The notes beneath the pieces are model-generated. The model saw only the letters and a list, made by a program, of their open reading frames with translations, had not been told where the DNA came from and made no database searches. From positions 32,001-96,000 of the IMG/VR virus record IMGVR_UViG_2609460327_000001: DNA of 64,000 nt; one strand, 5' to 3'. Shown here one piece after another: positions 28,255-37,222 of the stretch; the stretch's first letter is position 1, and each line of letters opens with the position of its first letter. Origin of the DNA: a virus (taxonomy: Duplodnaviria > Caudoviricetes). The translations under genes were made by a program, and so were the position numbers.

Positions 28255-28551
28255 ATAGATAGCCCCCTTGTTCAAGTTAAACATTCACAATGCCACAGGA
28301 GCGTTAGCGACCATCGTCTACACTATCTATTACATCGTCATACACTATAGAAGACTTAAGATAATCATACGCAGGATGAAGAAAATTTTCGGATGAGGGT
28401 TCACCACTTTCAGTCGCATATGATATACGAAATAGGTAATATAGCATTCGAAGTATGATATATGGCAGGATGTAGCTCTCTGTGATATAAGTCATCGTAC
28501 ATAAAGTAGCGTCACAATTGAGATTGCACACGATTCGGATAGGTGATAACA

Positions 28552-28870
28552 GCCATCGATAACGGCATGATCAGCATGCTCATATAGATCAGCTTACTGG
28601 CGGCGAAGCAGCTTCCTCCCCCACCGGGAGCTATATTCATATGATTCAGCTGTCTAGCTGTATTGCCGTAAGTTGCCGCCCATACATGTCCACTATAAGT
28701 ATCTTGCCTTCGCGTCTAACGAGAGCATCCTACAAGTAGTATGATTCGTCATCTGCAAAGGGTAGGGCGTCTTAGAGAGGAAGCGTGGAGCTGTCGATGG
28801 CGTTAGCACCTACCCGAAGGGTGTGCTATAATAAAGCAGTAGCCGACATGCCTAGGAACATGCCGACTAC
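28552..28870 (-). ncRNA. Putative large structured non-coding RNA downstream of the polymerase gene
   Basis: There is no convincing ORF. Long-range complementarities are 28552-28561/28792-28801, 28611-28618/28777-28784 and 28599-28604/28675-28680. There is a UUCG hairpin at 28806-28826 and a 12-bp stem at 28839-28870 with G-U pairs on the minus strand. Confidence 0.4.
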
Positions 28871-28891
28871 GTGTATGGCTGTGGTGGCCTA

Positions 28892-31800
28892 TTACATGCG
28901 TTCGATGCTGGAGATAGTCAGACTCATAGTTCTGCCTTTAGCTTCAGCATTGGACACACTAAGATTAAAGCATGTTGCGCCAGTCAAGAATCCAACTTGG
29001 TCTTGGTAGAAGTCACCTACATATACATTTCTGCTGCCTACTGGAACATAAGCAACATACGTATAGCTTTCAGTAACCTCGTTATACATATACTCCACTG
29101 TTACCATACCTGCATTCGCAATGACAGGTGCCATTCTCTCTCCATCAAATACACGACCGGTTGAATCAGCTCCAATACGGAAGTTTGCTTTGATATCAGA
29201 TGCAGGGACAACATAAGGGTTCTTCACAATCTCACGATTAGAGATAGCAGCGCACAGCTCCAAGAATTGCTTCTTAGCCACGACCCAAGGGAAGCTGATC
29301 GAACGATTGTTATCTTGACCTCTCTCTGTGTATGTCACCATATATGCAACATAGCCGATATCCATAGAAGAGTAAGAGAACTCCAATGCAGCAAGTGCCA
29401 TTTGACTCTTATACATAATCGCATCGCAATCGTCTCTATAGATACGCTCAATCTTCTCTTTAGCCATCGCCAGTGCAGGATCAGCCTCACCATACTTCAG
29501 CTCAGCAAGCTTGATGAACTCTTCATGTTTCTGACGAGCATTCTTGATGTCGCTTGTATAGATAGAACGAATGGAACGAATAGAGTTAGCGATTCTGTCA
29601 TAGATAACTGGATCAATAACATACTCAGCTCTCAGGATATGAATCAGGTTGTTGTTCTCTACATCGTTCATGATCTCTTCGGACTTGTCGATTACATTCT
29701 CTTGTACGAATGCTTTCATGTGGTTATGCACACGGGACATTACAGAACCTGTGTCTACTCCACCCTCAGCACCTTTGTGATGTGCGAGCCATGCTTGCTT
29801 GATCCATTGACGCTTGGATTTAGGTGACTCTTGGAATCCTGCATATCTTGGAGGATTGTTGATGAACTCCAATTCAGCAGCCAATGCTTCCTCATATGCA
29901 CCACCATGCTTAGCACGGTCAATCTCCCATCCTTGAGCCAGACGAATCAAGTCGATCATATCTTCCATACGAGCGATCTCTCTAATCAGCTCTTGTTTCT
30001 CAGCATCTGAACGTTCAGTCTTTTGACCAAACTCATTGGTATTCTCTGCATACATATATCCTACTTTACGTACAGCATCAGCAAGACGAGTAGCAATGTT
30101 AGTCAGTTGACCGATCTTGTTAGGAGTCAGTGTACGAATGACATACTCTTTGCTTAGCTCATGTACAGCTTGAATGAATGCATCATTATATTGATCGGCA
30201 GTGAACTTCACTTTGAATTGTCCATCGTGTGATACGCAAGGAGCATCAAATGCAAGCTTCTCATCAGATTCCATAGGGAACGGGCATCCAGAAGACCACT
30301 CACCATCTTTATCTACATGCAGGTCAAGCATAGCCAAGAACTTAGATTGACCATCTTTACCCATGATGCCATTAACGATAGCACGTACTTGTGTAATGAA
30401 TGTTTCATCACCATCGTTATCAGCTCCGCCTTCAGCGAATGTATCCAAGTCATGGCAGCTCATTACACATACAGAGTTGAATGCGCCTTTAGCAGAAGCA
30501 GTCACATAGTTTTGTGGAGCTACACCATTCAAGATACGTCCTTCACCTTTAGCAATAGCAGGGTTACGGAAGGATGCAACAGGGCCCTCTACAAAGTGTT
30601 GGTTATCGCGTGCTGTCATGAATGTTTGGTGTGGCTTAAGACCAACGTGATCAGGGACAATCATATCTCCATTCTCATCTTCCACAGCTTGAAGCAATGC
30701 ATATGGATCTTGAACCATGAAGCGATACTCGCCTTCTACAGGAATCGTACCAGCAACCCATTTGTCTACTTGCTGCCCCATCAGTCTCAGTGCTCTTGTT
30801 TGCATGTAAGCATCTTGGAATGTGAATGGAGCATAGTGCATGAAGTTAGCAAATACAGAAACAAGGGAGCGATCACGTAGAAACTCAGCTTGTGCAAGAG
30901 TCAGCTTGTTCAGCTTCTCCAAGTGAGCAACCCCTGCATACTTTTGAATCAGTGCAGGATTAGTAAGTACACTCTTAGCTTCATCCAGGCGTGGTTGAGC
31001 AACATCAATCATTTGCTCTGCTGTAATGCTGGATACATGTGCAAACTGATATGGAAGCTCTACATACTCAGACTTCATAGCAGGACGCTTAGCAAAGCGT
31101 GCAATACGCAGCTCAATACCAAAGTCAATCTTACCTTCGCTATCAGCAAGCAAACGGAAGTCACCTTTCACAGCAGACTTGAATGCAACGATATCTGCAT
31201 CATAGTATTGACGCAAGCCTGGCACGAATACCATCAAGCCTTTAACGAATGGGGTGATACGTACTTGCCATGCATCGGAATCATTGCCAAACTCAGCCTT
31301 CAATGCCCAGTAGATCGACTCGGAAGCTAGAACCAAGCCATCGCCTACGCCAAGCTTCAGATAGTTCATAGGCAGGACTTCTTCTTTAGTCATGCGTCCT
31401 TCTTTCCATGTAGCTGTGAATGTACCATCAACCGCAGATACAGTGACTACACGGTTGTTATAGAATGCTTTGAACTTACCATTCTTGATCTTAGCAAAGC
31501 GATCATCGATTACTGCCATAGAGTGACGATCAGAGTTAACCAAGTATTCTCCTGCTCTCATGTTAGGCAGCTGGTCGATATGAGCATTAGGGAAGGTTAC
31601 AACCTTAGATGGCACAGAGCTTGTACCAGACAGGCCTGGACGTTTCAGATACTTCGTGATATCCAGTGTATAGATACCCGTAGCCTTATCCAGTTTGCAA
31701 TAAGACAGGAAGCTATGACCAAGCTTACGGAATGCTTGTGGAATCGTCATGAAGTCTTCTGCAATATAGATACCTTGCAATTGACGAGCTTGAGAACCTG

Positions 31801-32524
31801 TTTGAATAAAGAAGTTTGCTTTGTGTGTAACGCCATCCACTGAGTAATGGAATCCATTGCGGACGATCTCGATTTGCAAGTCTTTCATTTCTTGATTCTC
31901 TTGATCAGCGATATTCAAGTCGATATAAACAATGTGAGTCGCATCCAAGTGTAGATCGTTGCTATCTGTAGCTGGCATCAATTTACCGAATGCATCAGCA
32001 AGCTGAGATTGAGATTGATAGCTGACCTCCGCGTTGAGCACCACTTCACCAGCTTCGTTGCGGGAATGCTTCAATAGATCGACAGATACAGTACGTACAC
32101 GCTTACGAGTAGGTGCAATCACCATAGCAGGAATCTCTGCACCTTTCTCTTCCATGAATGCACGGAAGAAGCGATATTGATTCTTAGGAACACCAGTAAG
32201 CTCCGGGTTCTCCATAACAGTACGGATATCCTTACCACTAGCGATAGCAGCTGTGATAGCCTCATAATTCTTTGTTTTAACGCCCAATCCTGGGAACTCA
32301 GCAATAGCATCCAATACTACAGAAGTAGACTTGTAATCAGACATTTGCGCCTCTAGTTTGTTACCTTTGATAGCTTTGTTGAAAAGACGGTTTACCTCAG
32401 CCAGTTGTTTGTTGATTTGTGCTTGTTTGTTGTTAGTCATTGTAGATTGCTCCTTTTTGTTTGTTTTAGTTTGTTTGTTGGACATAGGGACGGACGACAT
32501 AGCTTTCTTTGAATCAGTTGACAT
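28892..32524 (-). CDS. Single-subunit two-barrel RNA polymerase, cellular RdRP / SPbeta YonO-like
   Basis: Ordered cRdRP motifs: KRPGLSGTSS, GDGLVLAS, AWQVRITPFVKG, FRNP, catalytic GGADNDGD (DxDGD), IGQLTN, EIDRAKHG. Start at ATG 32524 after AAGGAGG. Confidence 0.88.
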   Translation of the reverse strand: MSTDSKKAMSSVPMSNKQTKTNKKEQSTMTNNKQAQINKQLAEVNRLFNKAIKGNKLEAQMSDYKSTSVVLDAIAEFPGLGVKTKNYEAITAAIASGKDIRTVMENPELTGVPKNQYRFFRAFMEEKGAEIPAMVIAPTRKRVRTVSVDLLKHSRNEAGEVVLNAEVSYQSQSQLADAFGKLMPATDSNDLHLDATHIVYIDLNIADQENQEMKDLQIEIVRNGFHYSVDGVTHKANFFIQTGSQARQLQGIYIAEDFMTIPQAFRKLGHSFLSYCKLDKATGIYTLDITKYLKRPGLSGTSSVPSKVVTFPNAHIDQLPNMRAGEYLVNSDRHSMAVIDDRFAKIKNGKFKAFYNNRVVTVSAVDGTFTATWKEGRMTKEEVLPMNYLKLGVGDGLVLASESIYWALKAEFGNDSDAWQVRITPFVKGLMVFVPGLRQYYDADIVAFKSAVKGDFRLLADSEGKIDFGIELRIARFAKRPAMKSEYVELPYQFAHVSSITAEQMIDVAQPRLDEAKSVLTNPALIQKYAGVAHLEKLNKLTLAQAEFLRDRSLVSVFANFMHYAPFTFQDAYMQTRALRLMGQQVDKWVAGTIPVEGEYRFMVQDPYALLQAVEDENGDMIVPDHVGLKPHQTFMTARDNQHFVEGPVASFRNPAIAKGEGRILNGVAPQNYVTASAKGAFNSVCVMSCHDLDTFAEGGADNDGDETFITQVRAIVNGIMGKDGQSKFLAMLDLHVDKDGEWSSGCPFPMESDEKLAFDAPCVSHDGQFKVKFTADQYNDAFIQAVHELSKEYVIRTLTPNKIGQLTNIATRLADAVRKVGYMYAENTNEFGQKTERSDAEKQELIREIARMEDMIDLIRLAQGWEIDRAKHGGAYEEALAAELEFINNPPRYAGFQESPKSKRQWIKQAWLAHHKGAEGGVDTGSVMSRVHNHMKAFVQENVIDKSEEIMNDVENNNLIHILRAEYVIDPVIYDRIANSIRSIRSIYTSDIKNARQKHEEFIKLAELKYGEADPALAMAKEKIERIYRDDCDAIMYKSQMALAALEFSYSSMDIGYVAYMVTYTERGQDNNRSISFPWVVAKKQFLELCAAISNREIVKNPYVVPASDIKANFRIGADSTGRVFDGERMAPVIANAGMVTVEYMYNEVTESYTYVAYVPVGSRNVYVGDFYQDQVGFLTGATCFNLSVSNAEAKGRTMSLTISSIERM

Positions 32525-32893
32525 AGAGTGATTCCTCCTTGGGGTTATATGTGCTGTACTTACATACAGCTCCCTATATAGGGGGGGGTTCATATAGAGG
32601 GGGGTCTATATAGGCCACCTATACAGGGAGCTATGTGTAAATAAATAAAAAGACCCCTGCATACTACACATGGGGGCGGCTGACCCGAACCATGCGTACT
32701 ACACAGGGGCTGTATATGATAGAGTGCACCTACACACCCATATGCCCATATACATAGGCACAATATGGCTAACCATAGTACTGCTACCCATGCCACCATA
32801 TAAGGTAGGGTAGAGGGTATAGCCTACATAGGGGATCATCCACCGTTATCGTGTACTCCCTATGCATCTACACCATGCCATGTCCATGACCTA

Positions 32894-33445
32894 TTAGATC
32901 ACGAACAAAGCAGCTGTATTGAGGTATGCATATGCAGATGCTACCCATACATAGTCAAGACCAATGCATGCCCAGTATGTAGCATATAGGGCGATCACAG
33001 GCAGGAAGCCAGCTATAAGGCTGGATACCATAGCGGATAGGATAGCTCTGCGCCAGTCCATAGCCTGCTTCTTACGCTTAGCAATAAGGAAGTGGATAGT
33101 GAGTATGGCTACCATGGCTACAGCAGCAGCTATCCACCCTGCACCTACTAGGGATGTGGTAGCCACGCCACCTACTACAGCAGAGCCTACTACAGTGGCA
33201 GTCTCCCACTTATGCTTACGAATAGCATTGCCTACAAAGGCTATGTCTTTCTTAAGTCCATTGTAGATGAAGCCTACTACCTTCTTAGTTGCATCCCATA
33301 CAATACCAGCATACTTAGCAATCTTAGATGTCTTAGCTTCACTAGCATCAGCAGGAACATCAATGATGATAGGCTTACGCTTTGCTTCGAGATCTTTCTT
33401 GAATTGCATGTAAGTGTTGATAGAACCTTGAATTGTGTTAGTCAT
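32894..33445 (-). CDS. Multi-pass membrane protein, first gene of the leftward arm
   Basis: Start MTNTIQ after AAAGGAG; 3-4 hydrophobic segments. Confidence 0.7.
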   Translation of the reverse strand: MTNTIQGSINTYMQFKKDLEAKRKPIIIDVPADASEAKTSKIAKYAGIVWDATKKVVGFIYNGLKKDIAFVGNAIRKHKWETATVVGSAVVGGVATTSLVGAGWIAAAVAMVAILTIHFLIAKRKKQAMDWRRAILSAMVSSLIAGFLPVIALYATYWACIGLDYVWVASAYAYLNTAALFVI

Positions 33446-33618
33446 GATAGACTCCTTTCGTTGTTGCAGTTTTACGGGTTCACTGCCAACCCTAATGTGT
33501 TTGCTTATTGTTGGAGGGGGTGGGGCGTCGAACGTCACCATCAACCAACAATAAACAACTAGGTACCCCACGCAAAAATTTTTTTATAGAAAATTGCCCC
33601 CTATAGAAAATTTAATTG

Positions 33619-33647
33619 TTGTCAAATAAAATGTAACGCATTACAAT
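33619..33647 (+). promoter_or_regulatory. Sigma-A-type promoter for the rightward early genes, overlapped by the operator
   Basis: TTGTCA-17 bp-TACAAT, with TGTAACGCATTACA at 33632-33645. Confidence 0.75.
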
Positions 33648-33689
33648 TTGAGTATAGAAAATAAAAAAATAAAAAAGGAATGATTATCC

Positions 33690-34220
33690 ATGTTAAAAGA
33701 AACATTCTTAATACACATATCAAAAGACGGCGGTTATATCAAAACAGAAGGACCATTCGAACAGTATCCTACAAATGGGCAGATTATGTTAGCTATTGAA
33801 AAACACGAAGGAGATAGCGGCACGATTGAAAAGTCATTTGATTTAATTAAAAAAGAAGAGAAGAAGTCGGACGATCTGCGAGAAGCTTTGAGGCCCATGA
33901 TGCTCATGACGATCAAGAATAAATTACTTCACGCTGCCGAAAATCATAATTATATTTATGTCGATGAATATCTCAGACAAGTCGGAAAAACAACTGCTTT
34001 GATTGAGTTTGCTAAAGATATCGAAGGTATCGTTGTTGTAAGACACAGAAGTATTGCAGAGGCATTAAAAGAACAATCAAAATATGATCGCATTATGTCG
34101 GTTTTCGATGCAAGTGTGAAAGGGTTTGACCAAGATACTCCTGTTGTATTTGATGAAGGCGTGAACCCTGATATGCTAATAGGTTTAAACGTAGCAACGG
34201 GATTCGTAAACAAAAAATAA
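33690..34220 (+). CDS. Small P-loop NTPase-like protein (terminase-ATPase-like motifs)
   Basis: RQVGKTTALI Walker A and VVFDE Walker B. Confidence 0.65.
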   Translation: MLKETFLIHISKDGGYIKTEGPFEQYPTNGQIMLAIEKHEGDSGTIEKSFDLIKKEEKKSDDLREALRPMMLMTIKNKLLHAAENHNYIYVDEYLRQVGKTTALIEFAKDIEGIVVVRHRSIAEALKEQSKYDRIMSVFDASVKGFDQDTPVVFDEGVNPDMLIGLNVATGFVNKK

Positions 34221-34253
34221 TACAAACACGCATGTACTGAGGAGAGCTATGTA

Positions 34254-34628
34254 ATGTCAAAAGAATGCGCGATTGAAGGATGCAACGAGCATGTTAGATC
34301 AACAGGGCTTTGTGCAAAACACTATCGGAGGAAATGGCTATACGGAGACCCAACATACGAGAAGCAAGATTATGATAGACCAAAGTCTTGCTCAGCATGT
34401 GGTATTAACAAAGTGAAAGCGCTCGGCCTCTGCCCTAATTGCTATGCAAAGAATCGAAGAAAAGAAATGGGATGTAATCAATACATGATCGGTGGCAAGT
34501 CCAATAACGATTGCGAATGTATTGAAGAGGGGTGCAGCAAACCAGCTCTAGCAAGAAAGCTATGCAGGAGGCATTATCTTAAAAAGCGCGCAGAAGAAGA
34601 CGAACATAAATTGGAGGCAAGCAAATAA
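34254..34628 (+). CDS. Cys/His-repeat (putative zinc-binding) protein
   Basis: Repeats of C-x4-C-x9-C-x2-H/C-Y. Confidence 0.75.
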   Translation: MSKECAIEGCNEHVRSTGLCAKHYRRKWLYGDPTYEKQDYDRPKSCSACGINKVKALGLCPNCYAKNRRKEMGCNQYMIGGKSNNDCECIEEGCSKPALARKLCRRHYLKKRAEEDEHKLEASK

Positions 34629-34831
34629 TGAAAAAGCAAGGAAAGATTGTTGTGACGAAAGAAGTGCTCGAGCAAGCGCTTCATCTTAAGGAGGGAATCT
34701 CAATCATTGGGATTGAGATGGATTCAATAGATCGAAATACGTATGCGGTCTATGTTCAAGGAGATAGCTTGCAGACGGTGGGAGAAGCGCAACAATCTAT
34801 AGTCTATCAGCAGGAAGACGTAATGAAATGA
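34628..34831 (+). CDS. Hypothetical protein
   Basis: 67 aa, coupled at both ends. Confidence 0.6.
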   Translation: MKKQGKIVVTKEVLEQALHLKEGISIIGIEMDSIDRNTYAVYVQGDSLQTVGEAQQSIVYQQEDVMK

Positions 34832-35172
34832 AAGCCATATGCGAATTTCCTCGTTGTGGAAAAGAAGTTATCGCAAAAGGGCACTGCTGGAAGCATTACA
34901 GAAGAATCAAGCGGCATAATGATCCCACCATTGTGTTAGCAGGAACAGGGAAGCCTATGTACGAGCATACAGAGTGCATCGAAGAAGGGTGCGATAAGAA
35001 GCCTATTGCAAAAGGACTTTGCGTTGTGCACTACTCCAGAGCAAGGCGAATAAACCGCTTGGCGGACGGACGGTGTACGGTATGTGGGAAAGAGAACAAT
35101 AGCACAAAGAGGGCATGTGATTCCTGCCGCTTGAAACAGAAGATGAGGGCTAAGAGGAAGGCGGGAGCCTAG
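34828..35172 (+). CDS. Cys/His-repeat protein, paralog of 34254-34628
   Basis: ECIEEGC.K...A..LC..HY is shared with the 34254 product. Confidence 0.75.
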   Translation: MKAICEFPRCGKEVIAKGHCWKHYRRIKRHNDPTIVLAGTGKPMYEHTECIEEGCDKKPIAKGLCVVHYSRARRINRLADGRCTVCGKENNSTKRACDSCRLKQKMRAKRKAGA

Positions 35173-35507
35173 TGGAATTGATGAAGGTCTATTCAGAAAA
35201 ATTGAAAGAGGAAAAGTCAAGGAGCAATTGGCTTAATCTTGCAGACGTTGTCTACTATATCCAGCCTGGGGAGGTTGCCGAATCAGAAGATCGCCAATTC
35301 AGCGTGAGTTGTACAGATTCTATCAATGGGCACTTATCCTATTACTTCATGGACAAGGGGCGAAGACATGGAAAGAGACTGGAATTTAGCAAGGGAAGCA
35401 TTATGACGGCATTCCAAAAGATGATGCTGCCTAATCCAGACTTCTATAGTGCCTCATACAAGATAAGGGGGGTGCGAGATATTGGAGCTTATGCAGAAAT
35501 ACATTGA
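35172..35507 (+). CDS. Small protein, MELMxxY family
   Basis: GTG start giving MELMKVY, with TAGTG coupling. Confidence 0.65.
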   Translation: MELMKVYSEKLKEEKSRSNWLNLADVVYYIQPGEVAESEDRQFSVSCTDSINGHLSYYFMDKGRRHGKRLEFSKGSIMTAFQKMMLPNPDFYSASYKIRGVRDIGAYAEIH

Positions 35508-35865
35508 TAATGTTTACTCTCTTAATGGCATCTATATTATGCAAATACCAAGCTCGATGCCGTTTAAACAAGCAAAAGAAATGGCGGATAAATGGAAAAA
35601 TAGATTCGGTCAAGGTAGACCGCTTATGGTTATTCCAGAAGAAGTGGACATTCAGTACATGGAATCATTCGATACGAGTATTGCCATAAGGATGCTTACG
35701 AACGGATATAGGCTTAAAAGAAGCAGCGAGCTTGGAGTAAAGTATATATGGAGTGATAGGTTGAAGCGGAAGGAAGAGGGTCAGAGGTGGAAAAATTACA
35801 CCCTTACAGACGCAGACTTGCTTGCTAGAGATTGGCAGTTGGTCAGGGAGGATCTACAGTTATGA
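35482..35865 (+). CDS. Small protein, MELMxxY family, with a C-terminal 'DLLA.DW' motif
   Basis: A TTG start after AAGGGGGGTG gives MELMQKY. AI..L..G..LKR...DLLARDWQLV recalls DUF2829-type phage proteins. Confidence 0.65.
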   Translation: MELMQKYIDNVYSLNGIYIMQIPSSMPFKQAKEMADKWKNRFGQGRPLMVIPEEVDIQYMESFDTSIAIRMLTNGYRLKRSSELGVKYIWSDRLKRKEEGQRWKNYTLTDADLLARDWQLVREDLQL

Positions 35866-36059
35866 ATATAGCAAATCAAGTCCTAAAGGCTTTAGACGAA
35901 AGCTTCCCTGGCTTAGAGTCTATTGTTGCAGAAGGCGACAGGGTTATCATGTATTGTGAATCAGGAGCTTGGCAGCTAGATATTATAAAGGCGCAGCCCA
36001 TGGAGTATATAGCCATTGACGTTAAGGTGGACGTGTCTGATCTAGTAGGTGAAAGCTAA
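35862..36059 (+). CDS. Hypothetical protein
   Basis: MNIANQ after GGAGG. Confidence 0.55.
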   Translation: MNIANQVLKALDESFPGLESIVAEGDRVIMYCESGAWQLDIIKAQPMEYIAIDVKVDVSDLVGES

Positions 36060-36367
36060 TGAGAACCCCGAAGATCGGATCGAGGTGGCAGCACTACAAA
36101 GGTGGACTATATGTCATATCTGACATAGGTATTGATGCAAGTCGTCATGAGGATGGGAAAGCAATCTGGTACTACCGTGAGGATGAGCCTGATCAGAAAT
36201 ACTACCGACCGATTTTAGAATGGCACAATCCTATTGAGCATGAAGGTGAGGTTGTTCCTCGTTTCAGAGAGCTTGAGAAGGGAGGATCAACACTTGGAGC
36301 TATTGATGGACTATTTGCAAAGGGTATCAAAGGCAAAGGGAGAACCTATCGTCGTCCGAGAGTCTGA
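36059..36367 (+). CDS. DUF1653-family protein
   Basis: WQHYKGGLYVI...YYRP..EW...VPRF. Confidence 0.8.
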   Translation: MRTPKIGSRWQHYKGGLYVISDIGIDASRHEDGKAIWYYREDEPDQKYYRPILEWHNPIEHEGEVVPRFRELEKGGSTLGAIDGLFAKGIKGKGRTYRRPRV

Positions 36368-37091
36368 CTACTATGAGCGCTGGAGACTGTTCCAAGAGTG
36401 CGATAATGGCCATATTGCGGTCGTTGCTCACAGGAGAGCAGGGAAGACCACGGCCATAAGTGAAAAGGCAATCAAGTCAAACAAGAACGTTGTTATATTT
36501 GATCGGTATGTTGCTTCATCACAGGCTCATAGGGATATGATAAGATCACGCCTTATTCAGGATGGTATTCAGTATGATTATACGTCTAATGGGTTCTCCT
36601 TGGGAAATGGCAGGACCATATCTTTAGAGATGAAGATCGGAGAGTATGCACCACAAGAACTAAATGATTGCTTGGTCATATTTGATGAAGCAGACTCTAT
36701 GATGATCCATTCAAGTTGGTTGGAGCAAGTCATGATCTATGCTGATGTTATTATGGTGTCCACATATACAGCATTGTTGGATAACACGTTTAAGAAGTTT
36801 CTTAGTAATCGAATAAAGCCACGGATCGGAGATCATGAAGTCCTGGCCTTTATCATGCCTTCTCCAAGAGCTCCATCTAGTTATGGAGAGTTATTTATGG
36901 ATGCAGAGCAAATTGCCTTACAGATCGAATGTGACCTAGCAAGGGCACGGAAATTCAATGGAATAAGACACGGAAGAGGACGGAGATTAAATGCGAGTTT
37001 TCAAACGACTGAAGAGACAAGACAAGTGCTCCCTAGCGATAATGTTACTGCTAGTGACATCGGCAACGGCACCGCAAGTGATAACGGATAA
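36294..37091 (+). CDS. Stand-alone terminase-like ATPase domain with MELLxxY N-terminus
   Basis: TTG 8 nt after GGGAGG gives MELLMDY. VVAHRRAGKTT Walker A, VIFDEAD Walker B and VST motif III are present; there is no nuclease domain. Confidence 0.7.
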   Translation: MELLMDYLQRVSKAKGEPIVVRESDYYERWRLFQECDNGHIAVVAHRRAGKTTAISEKAIKSNKNVVIFDRYVASSQAHRDMIRSRLIQDGIQYDYTSNGFSLGNGRTISLEMKIGEYAPQELNDCLVIFDEADSMMIHSSWLEQVMIYADVIMVSTYTALLDNTFKKFLSNRIKPRIGDHEVLAFIMPSPRAPSSYGELFMDAEQIALQIECDLARARKFNGIRHGRGRRLNASFQTTEETRQVLPSDNVTASDIGNGTASDNG

Positions 37092-37188
37092 AAAGGCAAC
37101 ACATCAAGAGGAAACGTATATCATAGAACAAAATCAAAAGCGTCAAAGAAAAAAAGAGAGAAAACGCGTGAAATAAGCCATTATCATA

Positions 37189-37217
37189 TTGTAATGCGTT
37201 ACATTATCGTATAGAAT
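37189..37217 (+). promoter_or_regulatory. Sigma-A-type promoter overlapped by the operator
   Basis: TTGTAA-17 bp-TAGAAT, with TGTAATGCGTTACA at 37190-37203. Confidence 0.7.
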
Positions 37218-37222
37218 AAACT

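Noticed and set aside
28552-28891. tRNA, tmRNA, RNase P or group I intron identity for the structured segment
   Set aside because: I could not recognise a T-loop/acceptor arrangement or conserved core motifs by eye; an Rfam search is needed.
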